The position numbers were made by a program, and so were the translations under genes. Below are positions 1 to 12,044 of a stretch of 64,000 bases of DNA, piece after piece. Source of the DNA: Chrysomallon squamiferum (Eukaryota; Animalia; Mollusca). Within the stretch, counting starts at the first letter, position 1, and every line of letters begins with the position of its first letter. The notes under the pieces were generated by a model. The model worked only from the letters and a program-made list of their open reading frames with translations, ran no database searches and was not told the origin of the DNA. Location: the NCBI GenBank assembly GCA_012295275.1, contig CM022668.1, forward strand, positions 2,294,001 through 2,358,000, in the 5' to 3' direction.

Positions 1-99
1 GGGACCAGCTGCATTCAGCCGATAACGGAGGAGATAAGATGTCATTATAATGCCAGCTCTCAGCATAGCTTGATCTGTTGCAGATACATTTAATTCTGG

Positions 100-170
100 A
101 CCTAGATTTTATACTTTCCGCGGAAGGAAAACGTGAGAAATCTGCAAAACTACCGAGATGGCAACCATGT
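100..170. promoter_or_regulatory. CpG-rich promoter-proximal motifs
   Basis: Perfect palindrome TTCCGCGGAA (116-125, ETS-type GGAA core on both strands). GAGATGGCAAC around 155-165 is YY1-like or an RFX half-site. Confidence 0.4.
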
Positions 171-202
171 GCGGGAACGACTGTAGATGTAACGCGTGCT
201 AG
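158..202 (+). CDS. Short Cys-rich upstream ORF, 14 aa MATMCGNDCRCNAC
   Basis: ATG GCA ACC ATG TGC GGG AAC GAC TGT AGA TGT AAC GCG TGC TAG. Both ATGs have a purine at -3 (gagATGG, accATGt). Translation is not demonstrated. Confidence 0.35.
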   Translation: MATMCGNDCRCNAC

Positions 203-1049
203 ATTTCTTTACTTGCTCTTAGTCGTCTACTAATGTGGCAGGTAAGTCTAGTGAAATTTACTCGATGTCTGTTTGTCGGTTGTTGTTGTCTGTCACGAGT
301 TTCGTACCGAGCGCAAGTCTGTGAGGACGAACGTTGTCCAAGGAGTTAGATGTCTGCTGTATTTTGTGAATCTGTCAGTGGTTTGAGTAATTGCCCCGAG
401 AAATACGTCGTTTTATTTTCACTTTTAGCGATATTGGTTAACTGCCAGTTAAAAGAAAGAAGAAGGGAAAAAGTTTGGTTTCTTTTTGAAAAATGTATTC
501 TGACAGTGAATACTACCAACATCCGTAAAATTTGTTAAAATACAGGAAGATGTGATTGCGCTATGTGACTCATTTTCTGTTCTTTTTTATTCCCGAAATT
601 ATGTAATATAATTACTTTTTTTTTTTTTTGTCAGCTTAAAATAAAAATAAAAACAAAATGGAAACGAAAAAATAAATCTGTAAATAGAACCATATAATTA
701 ATAAATTTAATGTTTTGTTATTAGGTAGACAAAAAAGTTAATAAAAAAATTTGAAGCTATTTAGAGCAAAATAAATCACAAGACAAATATTATTCTAAAC
801 TTAAAGTAATGTAATATTTAATTATATTATCTACAAAACAAATTAACATAAGTTTGGGCCATAAACTGTATTTACATTTTTAACAAATGTAATTTTATTT
901 ATATTTATTATCTTATAAACTTTTAAAATTAATTTCTTCAAAATGAATTTTGTAACAATATATTATAATAAATAACAGTAGTATAAAATAAATAAAAATA
1001 AATGAGATTAAGTTACCAAAATGTCTTAGGATGAAATAACACATTCATT

Positions 1050-1084
<35 letters not shown>

Positions 1085-2174
1085 TTAAATTGTTTTAATT
1101 AGTTTTATTTTGTTTTTATTATTTTTAATTTAATCATAAATATTAATCATACTGTACTATTAATTTAATTTTTAAATTTCAAGAATTAACAGGTTTTGAT
1201 ATTTTAATTTAAATACATGTACAAATATTAATTATTTTAAAATTTCTATTAATATATTTTTAATGTTTCAATTAATACATTTTAAATATTTCTGTTAATA
1301 TATTTTTAATTTTTAATATATTTCTTAATATATTTTATTATTATTAAAAAAATGTAAGCATTAATATTTCTAATATTTGTATTAATAAAATTTATTGTTT
1401 ATTATTATTTAGATCTGAGTTTGGTTTTCGTGTTTTCTTCATAAATGCTACAGAAATGTAATGTAGATACATTAATAAATAGAATTTGTATCTATTTTTA
1501 AATGTAATCTGTTTTAATATAGTGACAGCACTAGAACAAGATAAATGTAATGAAGTGTGTAAAATATAAAATTATAAATGATAAGTAAAATAATATTAAA
1601 ACAAGATTTAGAAAAAACTGTTAAATGCTGCTTAAAAATTTGTTATTAAAAATAAGTTAAAACGAAAATTTAAAATAAAATAATTAAGAAATTAAATTAT
1701 AATTTATATATTAATATAAATTTAAGAAATAATAATAATAATAATCAAAAAATAATAATAACATTTTTAAAAAATGCAACACTTAATATTAAAAACAATA
1801 AAACAAGAAGGAATTCTTAATAATGTTTTTTATTTTTTGTTTTTGAATTGCATAAACAAACTAAAAAATGTTATCTCACAGCAGAGATTAAATGTTTCAT
1901 TTTGTTAAAATTTCTAATCTACAAATTTACATTTTTAAAAAGTCAATATGGATAAGTTACTTAGATGGTGCTTAGATTCTGACTTCAAAAAGATTTCTAG
2001 CAAATATTACCCCAGAAATATGTAAAAAAAAATAAATAAAGTCTTTAAATATTCCTTCAGTAAATAGACTTATAAATAGATTTCAGTGATGTTGTGTTTC
2101 AGAAAGATTCGTAATTCAGAAATAATTACTTCTCAGTTTATTTATGTTTTATATCTCTCACTTTACCTGGTTCA

Positions 2175-2281
2175 TTGTGTATTTTTAAATACCACTAACT
2201 CTGTCTGATACTTTGTGTATTTTTAAATACCACTAACTCTGTCTGATACTTTGTGTATTTTTAAATACCACTAACTGATAC
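2175..2281. repeat. 38-bp tandem repeat, ~2.8 copies
   Basis: TTGTGTATTTTTAAATACCACTAACTCTGTCTGATACT starts at 2175, 2213 and 2251. Confidence 0.9.
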
Positions 2282-2608
2282 ATTTTCATATTGCATGTCT
2301 GTAATTAAAGAAATCACGGGTTTGGAATTTTACAAGGTGAAAAGAACAAAAAAACTTGTTATGATTCATCTGTTTGTCCTTGTTTTTACAAGTCTGTACA
2401 TCTGCCTTATTCTTTAACTAATCTCTGTCTGTTATTTAATTCTTTCTGTCTGTCACTCTGACTCATTCTTTAACTATTTCTCACTCTGTCTATCTGTTAG
2501 ATAAGTTGATATTAAATATTTACTTCACATACAAAATAAGTTTTCTACATCACAAGTTTTTGTACATAATAATTTAAACCAAGTATCTATTACAAATATT
2601 ATCTTTCA

Positions 2609-2611
<3 letters not shown>

Positions 2612-2659
<48 letters not shown>
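2612..2659. repeat. (TC)n microsatellite
   Basis: Direct reading. Confidence 0.95.
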
Positions 2660-2662
<3 letters not shown>

Positions 2663-3694
2663 CTGTATATACTGTCTGTATAACATTATTAAGAAAAGGC
2701 GTGTATTACTCAAGGCTGTGATATATCACCTGTATTAGACACAAAAGAAATAGAATAACAATATATATGGAATATTAATTAACAAATTATTATTCTGTCT
2801 TCATTACATAACATTGTCAAGTAGTATGAGTTTTATCTGTCAGTTATTTTAAACACAAAACAATGAATTAGACTTTTAACAACTCCTCTTACAGACTAAT
2901 TATCACAAATTAACACACTGTTTAATTACAGTAATTAATAAACAGGAAAAGCATGACAAGCACTGAGCCATATCCTCTTTTGATCATATTTTGGTCACAT
3001 GATCAAACATTAATCTAATTCGCATGCAAGTCAACACTGCTGAACTTGTTAATAAATAATTTGCACATTTTATGTTCTTTCTTTTCAGTTTCCGTATTAA
3101 TTAAAACATTAATTAAAGTGTATAGTTACGTTAACAAATTTACATGTGTGTAATTTATAAATAGTTCAAAATGAACTGATTTTAATAAAATAAAACAAAT
3201 AAATAACTATATTAAATTAATAAATAAATAAAAAAAAAAAAAAAAAAAAATAAAAATGGCTTAAAATAGTTTTTCAGAAGTAATTTTTCTTCCCATTATT
3301 TTTCAATGGAAATTTTGCATTGCCAGTTCAAAATGAATGAATGAATAGTTTAACCAGAGTAAACAAAAATTGAAACAATTGTTGTTGTTTTTTTTTTTTT
3401 TTTTTGTATATAATGATTTTTTACATTACTATACTCCTCTGTTACAGAATCAAAAAATAATAATAATTTTAAAAATAACTGACTTTATTTATACAAAATA
3501 TTTTGTTAAACAGTTTATCTTTTATTTTTTCCTATTACAAAAAAATCAAAATCAGTTTCAGAAGAAAAAATCTTTTTTTCTTATTTAAAATTTTAATGTA
3601 AACTGATTAGTGTATATTCAAAATTTTTAATTAAATTCACATTTATAGAAAATTCATTGAAATGTGTAAAACAAATAGTTATTAAATTTACTTT

Positions 3695-4033
3695 TGTTTT
3701 TACATTTATATTGAAGTTATATAAGATAGTTTAGTAATTTTACATTTATTCAAAATCTGTATGTTAAAAACTTCACCAATTTTACATTTATATGAAACTA
3801 CTTTACAACAGTTTAATAATTTTACATGTATACAAAATCTGTATGAGTTAAAAACTGTTAAAAAGTGTTCAGTAATTTCACATTTATATAAAAATTTTTA
3901 TGAGTTAAAAAGTGTTGAGTAATTTCACATTTATATAAAATTTTTTATGAGTTAAAAACTCTTGAATAATTTCACATTTATATAAATTTTTTTATGAGTT
4001 AAAAACTGTTGAGTAATTTCACATTTAAAACTG
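3695..4033. repeat. Degenerate ~47-bp tandem repeat
   Basis: Recurrent TTTCACATTTATATAAAATTTTTATGAGTTAAAAACTGTTGAGTAAT units, best conserved at 3870-4030. Confidence 0.8.
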
Positions 4034-4430
4034 CTCACAGGACCTGTGATGTGAGCAGTTTATCTGTGGGAACAATAATTGTAAAATCCTACGAGCCCAG
4101 CCTTTCATTAATTCCTGTCTTAGCGAAACAATTGTTTGTCAGTGGCCTTGAAGAATACTTTGTCAATAGATTTTCAATTTTCTTTTTGCTGGGTCACGCT
4201 GACCTGCAGTAGACTTGTATAGGGACACGAAATTCCATTGACGGACTTGTCCACTGCAGACAATGGCGTGAGCGGCCGATGTCAAGTTCTGGGCTGAGAT
4301 TTAAATATTCCGATGAGAAAATACACATCGTATTGTCGTATGTAACTCTTAGCATTGTGTGTGCGTTGAATACAGGATTTTAATCTCTTCCCTGGTTCTG
4401 TATCACATTCCCGATTTTTATCAGTTGACG
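4028..4430. promoter_or_regulatory. CpG-retaining island, candidate enhancer
   Basis: ERE GGGTCAcgcTGACCT at 4191-4205, CSL/Su(H) site TGTGGGAA at 4065-4072, Sox-type ACAAT motifs and many CpGs. Confidence 0.5.
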
Positions 4431-4551
4431 AAATTTTGTTATTATTACTGAAGTTTTTATTTATATTTTTATTTTAATCAGTTTAAATATCGTTTTAGTT
4501 AAAGTTTAGAAATCTTCATTTTTAACATTGAGAGATTTTATATGTATAATT

Positions 4552-4554
<3 letters not shown>

Positions 4555-4628
<74 letters not shown>

Positions 4629-4647
4629 GTACATATATATGTATATA
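4555..4647. repeat. (CT)n(AT)n compound microsatellite
   Basis: Direct reading. Confidence 0.95.
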
Positions 4648-4879
4648 AACTGTATCAATCCATTCATCTATCTATCTACCTGTCTGTTTTTCTTTCTGTC
4701 CATATCTCTGTCTATACATCCATACACCCATCTCTATTATCTCTATATGTAACTGTCTACAATCAGAAAAGATGTTTTTTTATAACAAAATCAATAAATA
4801 TCCTGTATATAAAAGCAGTTTCAATTAATTAATTACCAAAATAAGCCTTGAAGAAAAAATAAAAATTTTAAACAAAATT

Positions 4880-5150
4880 ACACACACACATATATGATTA
4901 TATAGATACACACACACACATATAATTATATAGACACACACACACATATAATTATACACACACACACATATAATTATATAGATACACACACACATATAAT
5001 TATACACACACACACATATAATTATATAGATACACACAAACACATATAATTATATAGACACACACACACATATATAATTATATAGACACACACACACATA
5101 TATAATTATATAGACACACACACATATAATTATATAGACACACACACACA
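4880..5150. repeat. Compound minisatellite, (CA)n-TATAATTATATAGA units
   Basis: About 10 units of variable length. Confidence 0.9.
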
Positions 5151-6731
5151 ACTGTAATTCATAAAAACGTTACATAAAACTATTATATAATCATAATAAG
5201 TATGACAAAAATGAACCCTGACATTCCTTATCTTGTCCTCAGCCTTCAATTAACAGAGGCTATCAGGTGACTGTTTTCATTGCCAGACTTTTCACATCTG
5301 ATGTTAATTACTCATTGTTCAGGTAAAAATCTATTGTTCACGGCAGATTAGAAAATCAGGTCAGAATGTCTAGTGATGACTAATTTACAGTTTTCTTTAT
5401 TGAAGACAATTTGATACAAGTTTTATTGCTTTTTCACAGCATTTTAACTATAACTGGAAATCAAGCTTTCACAGTGAAAAGAACTGAATGAATGATTTGT
5501 TTCATCCAAGTTTTTACTTGGGTGACGAGATTTCTCAACTGGAAGAATAACGTAAATAATGAAAATCAACAGCATTCTTATAGTCTTGTATTATATAAAC
5601 TTTCTATTTGTAAAGACTGACTATACTGACGTGTGAATCTAGACTGAAGCTTACTGAGTTTAAAATGAACTAGTGCTGATATCAGTGACTGATCTTAAAA
5701 TAATTCTTTATCCTGTAATTGTTTAGTTTGGCTAACAACAAAATGATATTAAGTTGATTCTGTTATAAAATATTTCATCCAGTCTGTTTGTCTTATTCCC
5801 AACTAGAGATGTGACATCATCGTAGAGAGGTCATTTACTGACAGCAACTACTCTGACCTCAACATAATAATAATAGTATTATTAACAACAACAACAACAA
5901 CAACAACAACAATAATGGCAGTAGTGATAATAATAACAATAATAATAATAGCATCAGTAACTGTAATAATAGTAATAGCAACACTATAATAATAATAATA
6001 ATGAATATATAATAAATAATAAATAAAATAATTTAGAAAATGATAAATAATAATAGTAATAACAGAACAACAACAACACTAATAATAAAAGTATGAGTAG
6101 TAATAATATTTAATTAAGTTTTTATTTTACATTAGTAATCACAATTAATATCACATTTGAAATAATCAAAGAATAACTGCTCCCCAACAGTTACATCTCT
6201 ACACACAGCAGTTAGATAGATAATCAGTGGGAATTATGATTACCTCAGATACAAGAGATATCCACACCGTGCAATAAACTATTTATAACACATTCGTGAT
6301 ATATCTCTATTAACAATTTAACAGTACTTGAAAGAATTCTTTACAGCCAATTCCTTTTTTCAAAACTAATGCACGGAGAATAACTTCTTACTTCAGATAA
6401 GATGTAAAAGACATTACCCACTTTTTTTTGTCACTTTTAGAATCCAGAAATATTTCTTTGATGATAAAAAACATAAAATAAGAGAGAAACATTGGATAAA
6501 AAAGAAATTATAAAAAAAAATTGTCTGGATGAAAACGGTAATAAAATAGTTTACTTTTTTATTTTTTTATTTTAATTAGTGCAGTTACCTTTAAGAACAG
6601 AGAAAAGATTGAGAATTTTCTATTTTGAAACAAGTGAAAACAGAGTAAAATGAATGTGTATTTATTATAATTAATAATCATAATGACAATAAGAAGAGTT
6701 AATTGTAGCAAATTCTCTCTCTCTCTCTCTT

Positions 6732-6788
<57 letters not shown>

Positions 6789-7420
6789 CATACATATATA
6801 TATATATTTTGAGAAACTTTAACAAAAGAAGATTTATTTATCCAGTAAAATATTAAATTCCAATTCATAAGGTGTATATAAATATTAAAAATAAATAAAA
6901 ATCATAAAATCTTTATATGTTATTTGTTAGTTTATGTTTTGGTTATGTTGTAATAAATTATTAAACTTCTTTTAATTATTTATTTATTTATTTTATTTTA
7001 TATATATATATATATTTTTCAGGACATTTGCTGTGTTTCCTATAATCTATTGACAAATTAGTAAAAAAAAAATCTTTAAATATTTTTTTCTTTCTGTCTG
7101 TATCTTACTCACATTTGCTTTTATTGATATTTGAAAACATTACAAAGAAAATGAACAAAGACATAAGTACATTAAATGACTACTGTTAAGTAATATAAAA
7201 CTCTGAAACATTATTGTACTGGCAGAGGAATTCTAAAAGCAGGAAAAAACACAGCTCAAAAATAATAGTGTATCTGTTACTATATGTTTTATCTTATTGA
7301 CTGAAGTAAAAAATAAATAATTCAGCTATTATTGCACGTATTGATATGACTGTTACAGACAGGGTATCACATACCATTAACTTTCATATGATTTATTTAG
7401 AAAACTGAGATATGTAAAGT

Positions 7421-7545
7421 TTGGCTCAGTGGTCAGAATGTTCCTCTGTGGGTCACATGATCAGTCATCCATTGTTCTGCCATTAGTTCCAACCCATCAT
7501 CTAATTTGGTTTGTCAAGAGATTATGGGAAGGATCTTTCTATTGT
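7421..7545 (+). mobile_element. Possible highly degenerate tRNA-derived SINE head
   Basis: Perfect Pol III A-box TGGCTCAGTGG at 7422-7432. Downstream AGTTCCAACC is shared with the remnant at 55720-55885. No clear B-box. Confidence 0.3.
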
Positions 7546-7552
7546 TTGAAAC

Positions 7553-7788
7553 TGTTACAGCTGTTTTGTCATATGAAAATGTTACAGCTGTTTTGTGATA
7601 TGAAAATTTTATAGCTGTTTTGTCATATAAATATGTTACAGTTAAAACTTTGTCATATGAAAATCTTACAGCTGTTTTCTCATATAAAAATCTTACAGCT
7701 GTTTTGTCATATGAAAATCTTACAGCTGTTTTGTCATGTGAAAATCTTATAGCTGTTTTGTCATATGAAAATGTTGCAGCTGTTTTGT
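7553..7788. repeat. 27-bp minisatellite, ~9 copies
   Basis: Unit TTACAGCTGTTTTGTCATATGAAAAT(G/C). Explains ORFs 7514..7825 and 7620..7877. Confidence 0.95.
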
Positions 7789-8552
7789 TTGTTGTGGAGG
7801 AATCTAAGTCACTTGAAATCATCACAGTGGCATATTTTAGTTTTAAAAAACATTTTTCTGTATCAGTTGTAACATAAACAAAACCATAAAAAATAATTAT
7901 TATTTTGTTTTAAATTTGTTTTATTGTTTGTAAAACAGACTCTATAAATTTATAATAGTGAAACTGAATTCCATGTAAAAAGCAGAGTTTTATACCCTGA
8001 CCATGACAAACTTCTGCTAGAGAATCACACACACTTAGAACTGTCACAGAAACTGACAAGACTGGAATAATATTACCATTTATGCATTGTTATTTTTACA
8101 TTACGTTTTTCTGCTTTTCTTCAGCAAATGGGCAGGGGGGAATAATTCACATACATGTTTTGTTGCTATGACAATCATGACTAATGATAATGTGATAGTC
8201 TGGGTAGTTTCTGCGTGACAACCTGGTTATTATGTAGCACACTAAACTGTGTAATATCAAATTATATATTCCACTTACATGTTATTTTTTTTTTATCATT
8301 ATTTCAATAATGGTGGAATAATGTATTTAAACTGGAAATTATTGTTAGGAAGCAAATATACAGTCTGACATTTTGTGATTTACAGTGAACTTTGCTTCTA
8401 GAGTTACTCTATAAAACAAAGAAAAAATAACATTTTCCTTGACTGAAATGAAGGTTTATTATTAGTAAAGAATGTGTGCTGTTAACAAGTAAAAATCTTG
8501 GAAATATTGAGTATTTGTTCGCACACTACAAGAACATTTTAACAAAAGGACT

Positions 8553-8572
8553 GGTCAATGGTCAAACTGACC
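8553..8572. promoter_or_regulatory. Perfect ERE core plus extra half-site
   Basis: GGTCAaacTGACC at 8560-8572, preceded by GGTCA at 8553-8557. Confidence 0.45.
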
Positions 8573-8749
8573 GTCTGGACTTGGACCTTGTTTTCATATC
8601 ACTGTGCTGACAGGTGACATGGTTTCTAACCTACACTTACCTGTACAGGTAAATCTACCTGAATTAATAAGCTATTGTTAGTGACACTGAACAAGCCGAG
8701 TGTTAATGTCACCTGTAAATCAGATTACAGTAACCCAGTGAGAGTTTGT

Positions 8750-8760
8750 TACACACACAC

Positions 8761-8791
<31 letters not shown>

Positions 8792-9059
8792 CAGATACAC
8801 ACACACACATATACAAATACACACACACACATATACAAATACACACACACACACATATACAAATACACACACACATATATACAAATACACACACACACAT
8901 ATATACAAATACAAATACACACACACGTATATACAAATACACATACACACACACACATATATACAAATACACACACACATATATACAAATACACACACAC
9001 ACATATATACAAATACCCACACACACAAATACATACAAACACACACACATATATAAAAT

Positions 9060-9124
<65 letters not shown>

Positions 9125-9486
9125 TACACAAATGCACACAAACACACAGACCCATATATATATATATATATACACATACACATACATAAAAAGATACATA
9201 CAAATATATACACACACACACATACACACATATACACACATGTGTATGTGTATATGTGTGTATTGTGTATATATGTATGCATGTGTCTATATATATATAT
9301 ATATAGACACATACATACATACATACACATATACATACATACACACATACTGACACACACATACATATAATACTCACACACACACACAATAAAAACTCAG
9401 ACATACATACCTATATATACATAAAAACACACACACACATATACCCATACATACACATATACATAATATACAGACATGTGTGTATG

Positions 9487-9543
<57 letters not shown>

Positions 9544-9583
9544 GCATATATACATACATATAAACATACACACAGACATACAT
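8750..9583. repeat. Compound (CA)n/(TA)n/(TACA)n microsatellite field
   Basis: Direct reading; source of the H/T/Y/I and C/V/Y ORFs. Confidence 0.95.
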
Positions 9584-10898
9584 ACCTTGTGGCATATCAG
9601 TGAGGATAACTCTTGTGTAACAATGTTAAAAGTGATCAGTTTTAGCACTGAATAGTTTCTGTCACTCCTAACACTTGGGGATCAAATCACGAAAGAGGGA
9701 GGATGTATGACATGAGGAAATATGTCAGTTTTTTTATACACGTTTATTTTTTTTCACAACACAATCTTGTAACACACTAAAACTTGTATCAACAGAGTGG
9801 ACAGATTTCTGTGGGTCCACGTCAGGCGTACTTTACAGCAGCTTGCTCTGGGCAGAATGTTAACAACGAATGTCACTTTGACCTGTCTAGCTTGGGTCTG
9901 CCTGCAGGTAACTTACACCCCCCAAGTTTCTCCCTCCCCCCACAGCAGAGGTCATCAATCAGCAAGCAAACTGTTCAGCTGGACAGCTGGCTGACAGATC
10001 TACTGGTCAGTTGTAGACTGTATCCCAGTCTGTTTGACAGGGCTGTTTTCTGGCCAAGGTGGTCTGACTGAGTGGTATGTTAAGAAGATGATTTTGTTTA
10101 TGTAGGGCAGAATATTTTGTCTGGTGGTCAGTTCTCATTGCATAATGACACCTGGATACCTGTATTACCTGGCTGCTGTTATTAACTAGAAAATACAGGT
10201 GAGACAATTATCTACATTAATGTCTCTCAAATTTTGTATTTGTAAAAAATGTAAAAAAAAAAAAATAACAATGTTAATTTTTGTTAATGACATTTCAGCA
10301 TTTTTTATTATGTAAGATTTTTTTTTTATTATTATTTGTTATTTATAATCATATTTTATATATATATATATATATTTAATTTTATTTATTTATTTATTTG
10401 TGTAAGGAGGTAAAACCTACTTGTACTGTTAGTTTGTCCAACTGAATAATTCACTTATTACAAAAATTCTACTTTACTGGGAAGGAAAACTGTCAGATAG
10501 GTTTCATGATGTAACCAATTTTAAAAGTGTAACCATATAAATACATAACATTTTTTTTTCATTTTAAAAAAGAAAAGATATTAAACAAACATATCCAGGA
10601 CTTACACATAAATTTACAAATGTTAACTTACTTAAAATTGGTAAAATGTAACCACACATTTTAAATTCTTAAACTGGTGATGTTAATTGCAACATTATCT
10701 TTTTAAAAATAACTGTTATAAGAGAGCATTTAATATGTAACCATAACCAAAATGTAATGAAAATTTTAAAAGTAACCATTTCTAATACATTTCATCAGTT
10801 TGTTTTTGCCATTATTCCTGTATTTTGATTAAGGCATTCTGAGGAATAGGAATGTAACATGTAAATAATATTTACTTTCTCAGACACATTACACTTAG

Positions 10899-11492
10899 CA
10901 CATGTTCAACTTATCACAGGTTAAACTTATCATGTTAAACTTATCACATGTTAAACTTATCACATGTTAAACTTATCACATGTTAAACTTATCACATGTT
11001 AAACTTATCACATGTTAAACTTATCACATGTTAAACTTATCACATGTTAAACTTATCACATGTTAAACTTATCACGTGTTAAACTTACCACATGTTAAAC
11101 TTATCATGTGTTAAACATCACATGTTAAACATATCACAGGTTAAACTTATCACATGTTAAACTTATCACGTGTTAAACTTATCACATGTTAAACTTATCA
11201 CATGTTAAACTTATCACATGTTAAACTTATCACGTGTTAAACTTATCATGTTAAACTTATCACGTGTTAAACTTACCACATGTTAAACTTATCATGTGTT
11301 AAACATATCACATGTTAAACATCACAGGTTAAACTTATCATGTGTTAAACATATCACAGGTTAAACTTATCACATGTTAAACTTATCATGTGTTAAACTT
11401 ATCACATGTTAAACTTATCACATGTTAAACTTATCACGTGTTAAACTTATCATGTTAAACTTATCACGTGTTAAACTTATCACGTGTTAAAC
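10899..11492. repeat. 16-bp minisatellite, ~37 copies
   Basis: Unit CATGTTAAACTTATCA, with CACATG, CACGTG, CATGTG and CACAGG variants. Confidence 0.97.
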
Positions 11493-12044
11493 CACAGAGT
11501 AAACATCTTGGTCCACAGCCTTCTTTTTCTTTCTGTTTTTTGTCTCAGTCTGGTGTTGATTATCAATTACTGGACAGACGCACACCTGGTCAGACTTGGA
11601 GTGTTTACTCACCGGTCAGAGCAGTTTAATAACAGTGAATTCAGACTTGTTGATGACCTTGGGGAGAAACCAAAGTTTGAATTTGTTGATCACAACGTGA
11701 TTTTTTTCACTTGGAGTTTAACAAAATTTTAACTCTTGTAATAGATAGTATCACTGATTTGTACATGTACCTTTGTTTGAAGTGAAATATTTCATTTGTC
11801 CATTCATCTATCCTTCCATCCATCATTCTTTCATTCATTAAACAATCTCTCTATTCTGTCATTCATGACACTATCTTTCTATTTATCCATCCATCCATTC
11901 ATTCAACAGACCATCTCTCTATCCATCCATCAATTCATTCATTCATTCATTCATTCATCTACCCATCCACACATCCATTGATCATTCATGAATCTGTTTT
12001 TCTGTCTATTCAACAGCTAGTACTTTTTATTTATTGTTTCTTAG

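Larger units (their letters stand above)
1..241 (+). other. Putative first exon (mostly 5' UTR) of an unidentified gene with a very long first intron; true 5' end unknown
   Basis: Positions 1-430 are GC- and CpG-rich against an AT-rich, CpG-poor background. Consensus donor CAG|GTAAGT at 239-247. Only the frame ending ...ATG TGG CAG| (233-241, MWQ, phase 0) offers an ATG that is open through the donor. Confidence 0.6.

Noticed and set aside
231-253. 3' arm of the exon-1 hairpin resembles miR-8/miR-200 (UAAU...CAGGUAA)
   Set aside because: The seed differs (AAUGUG versus AAUACU), the stem has a 4-nt bulge, and the arm is the splice donor itself.
350-538. 62-aa ORF just inside intron 1
   Set aside because: No recognisable domain; lies downstream of the strong donor at 242 and runs into AT-rich DNA.
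11484-11732. 82-aa ORF with a hydrophobic N-terminus and EQFNNSEFRL, reminiscent of AMPA-receptor VQFSTSEFRL
   Set aside because: Starts at a GTG inside the minisatellite with no in-frame ATG. The hydrophobic part is a pyrimidine tract and the similarity is too short to call a gene.
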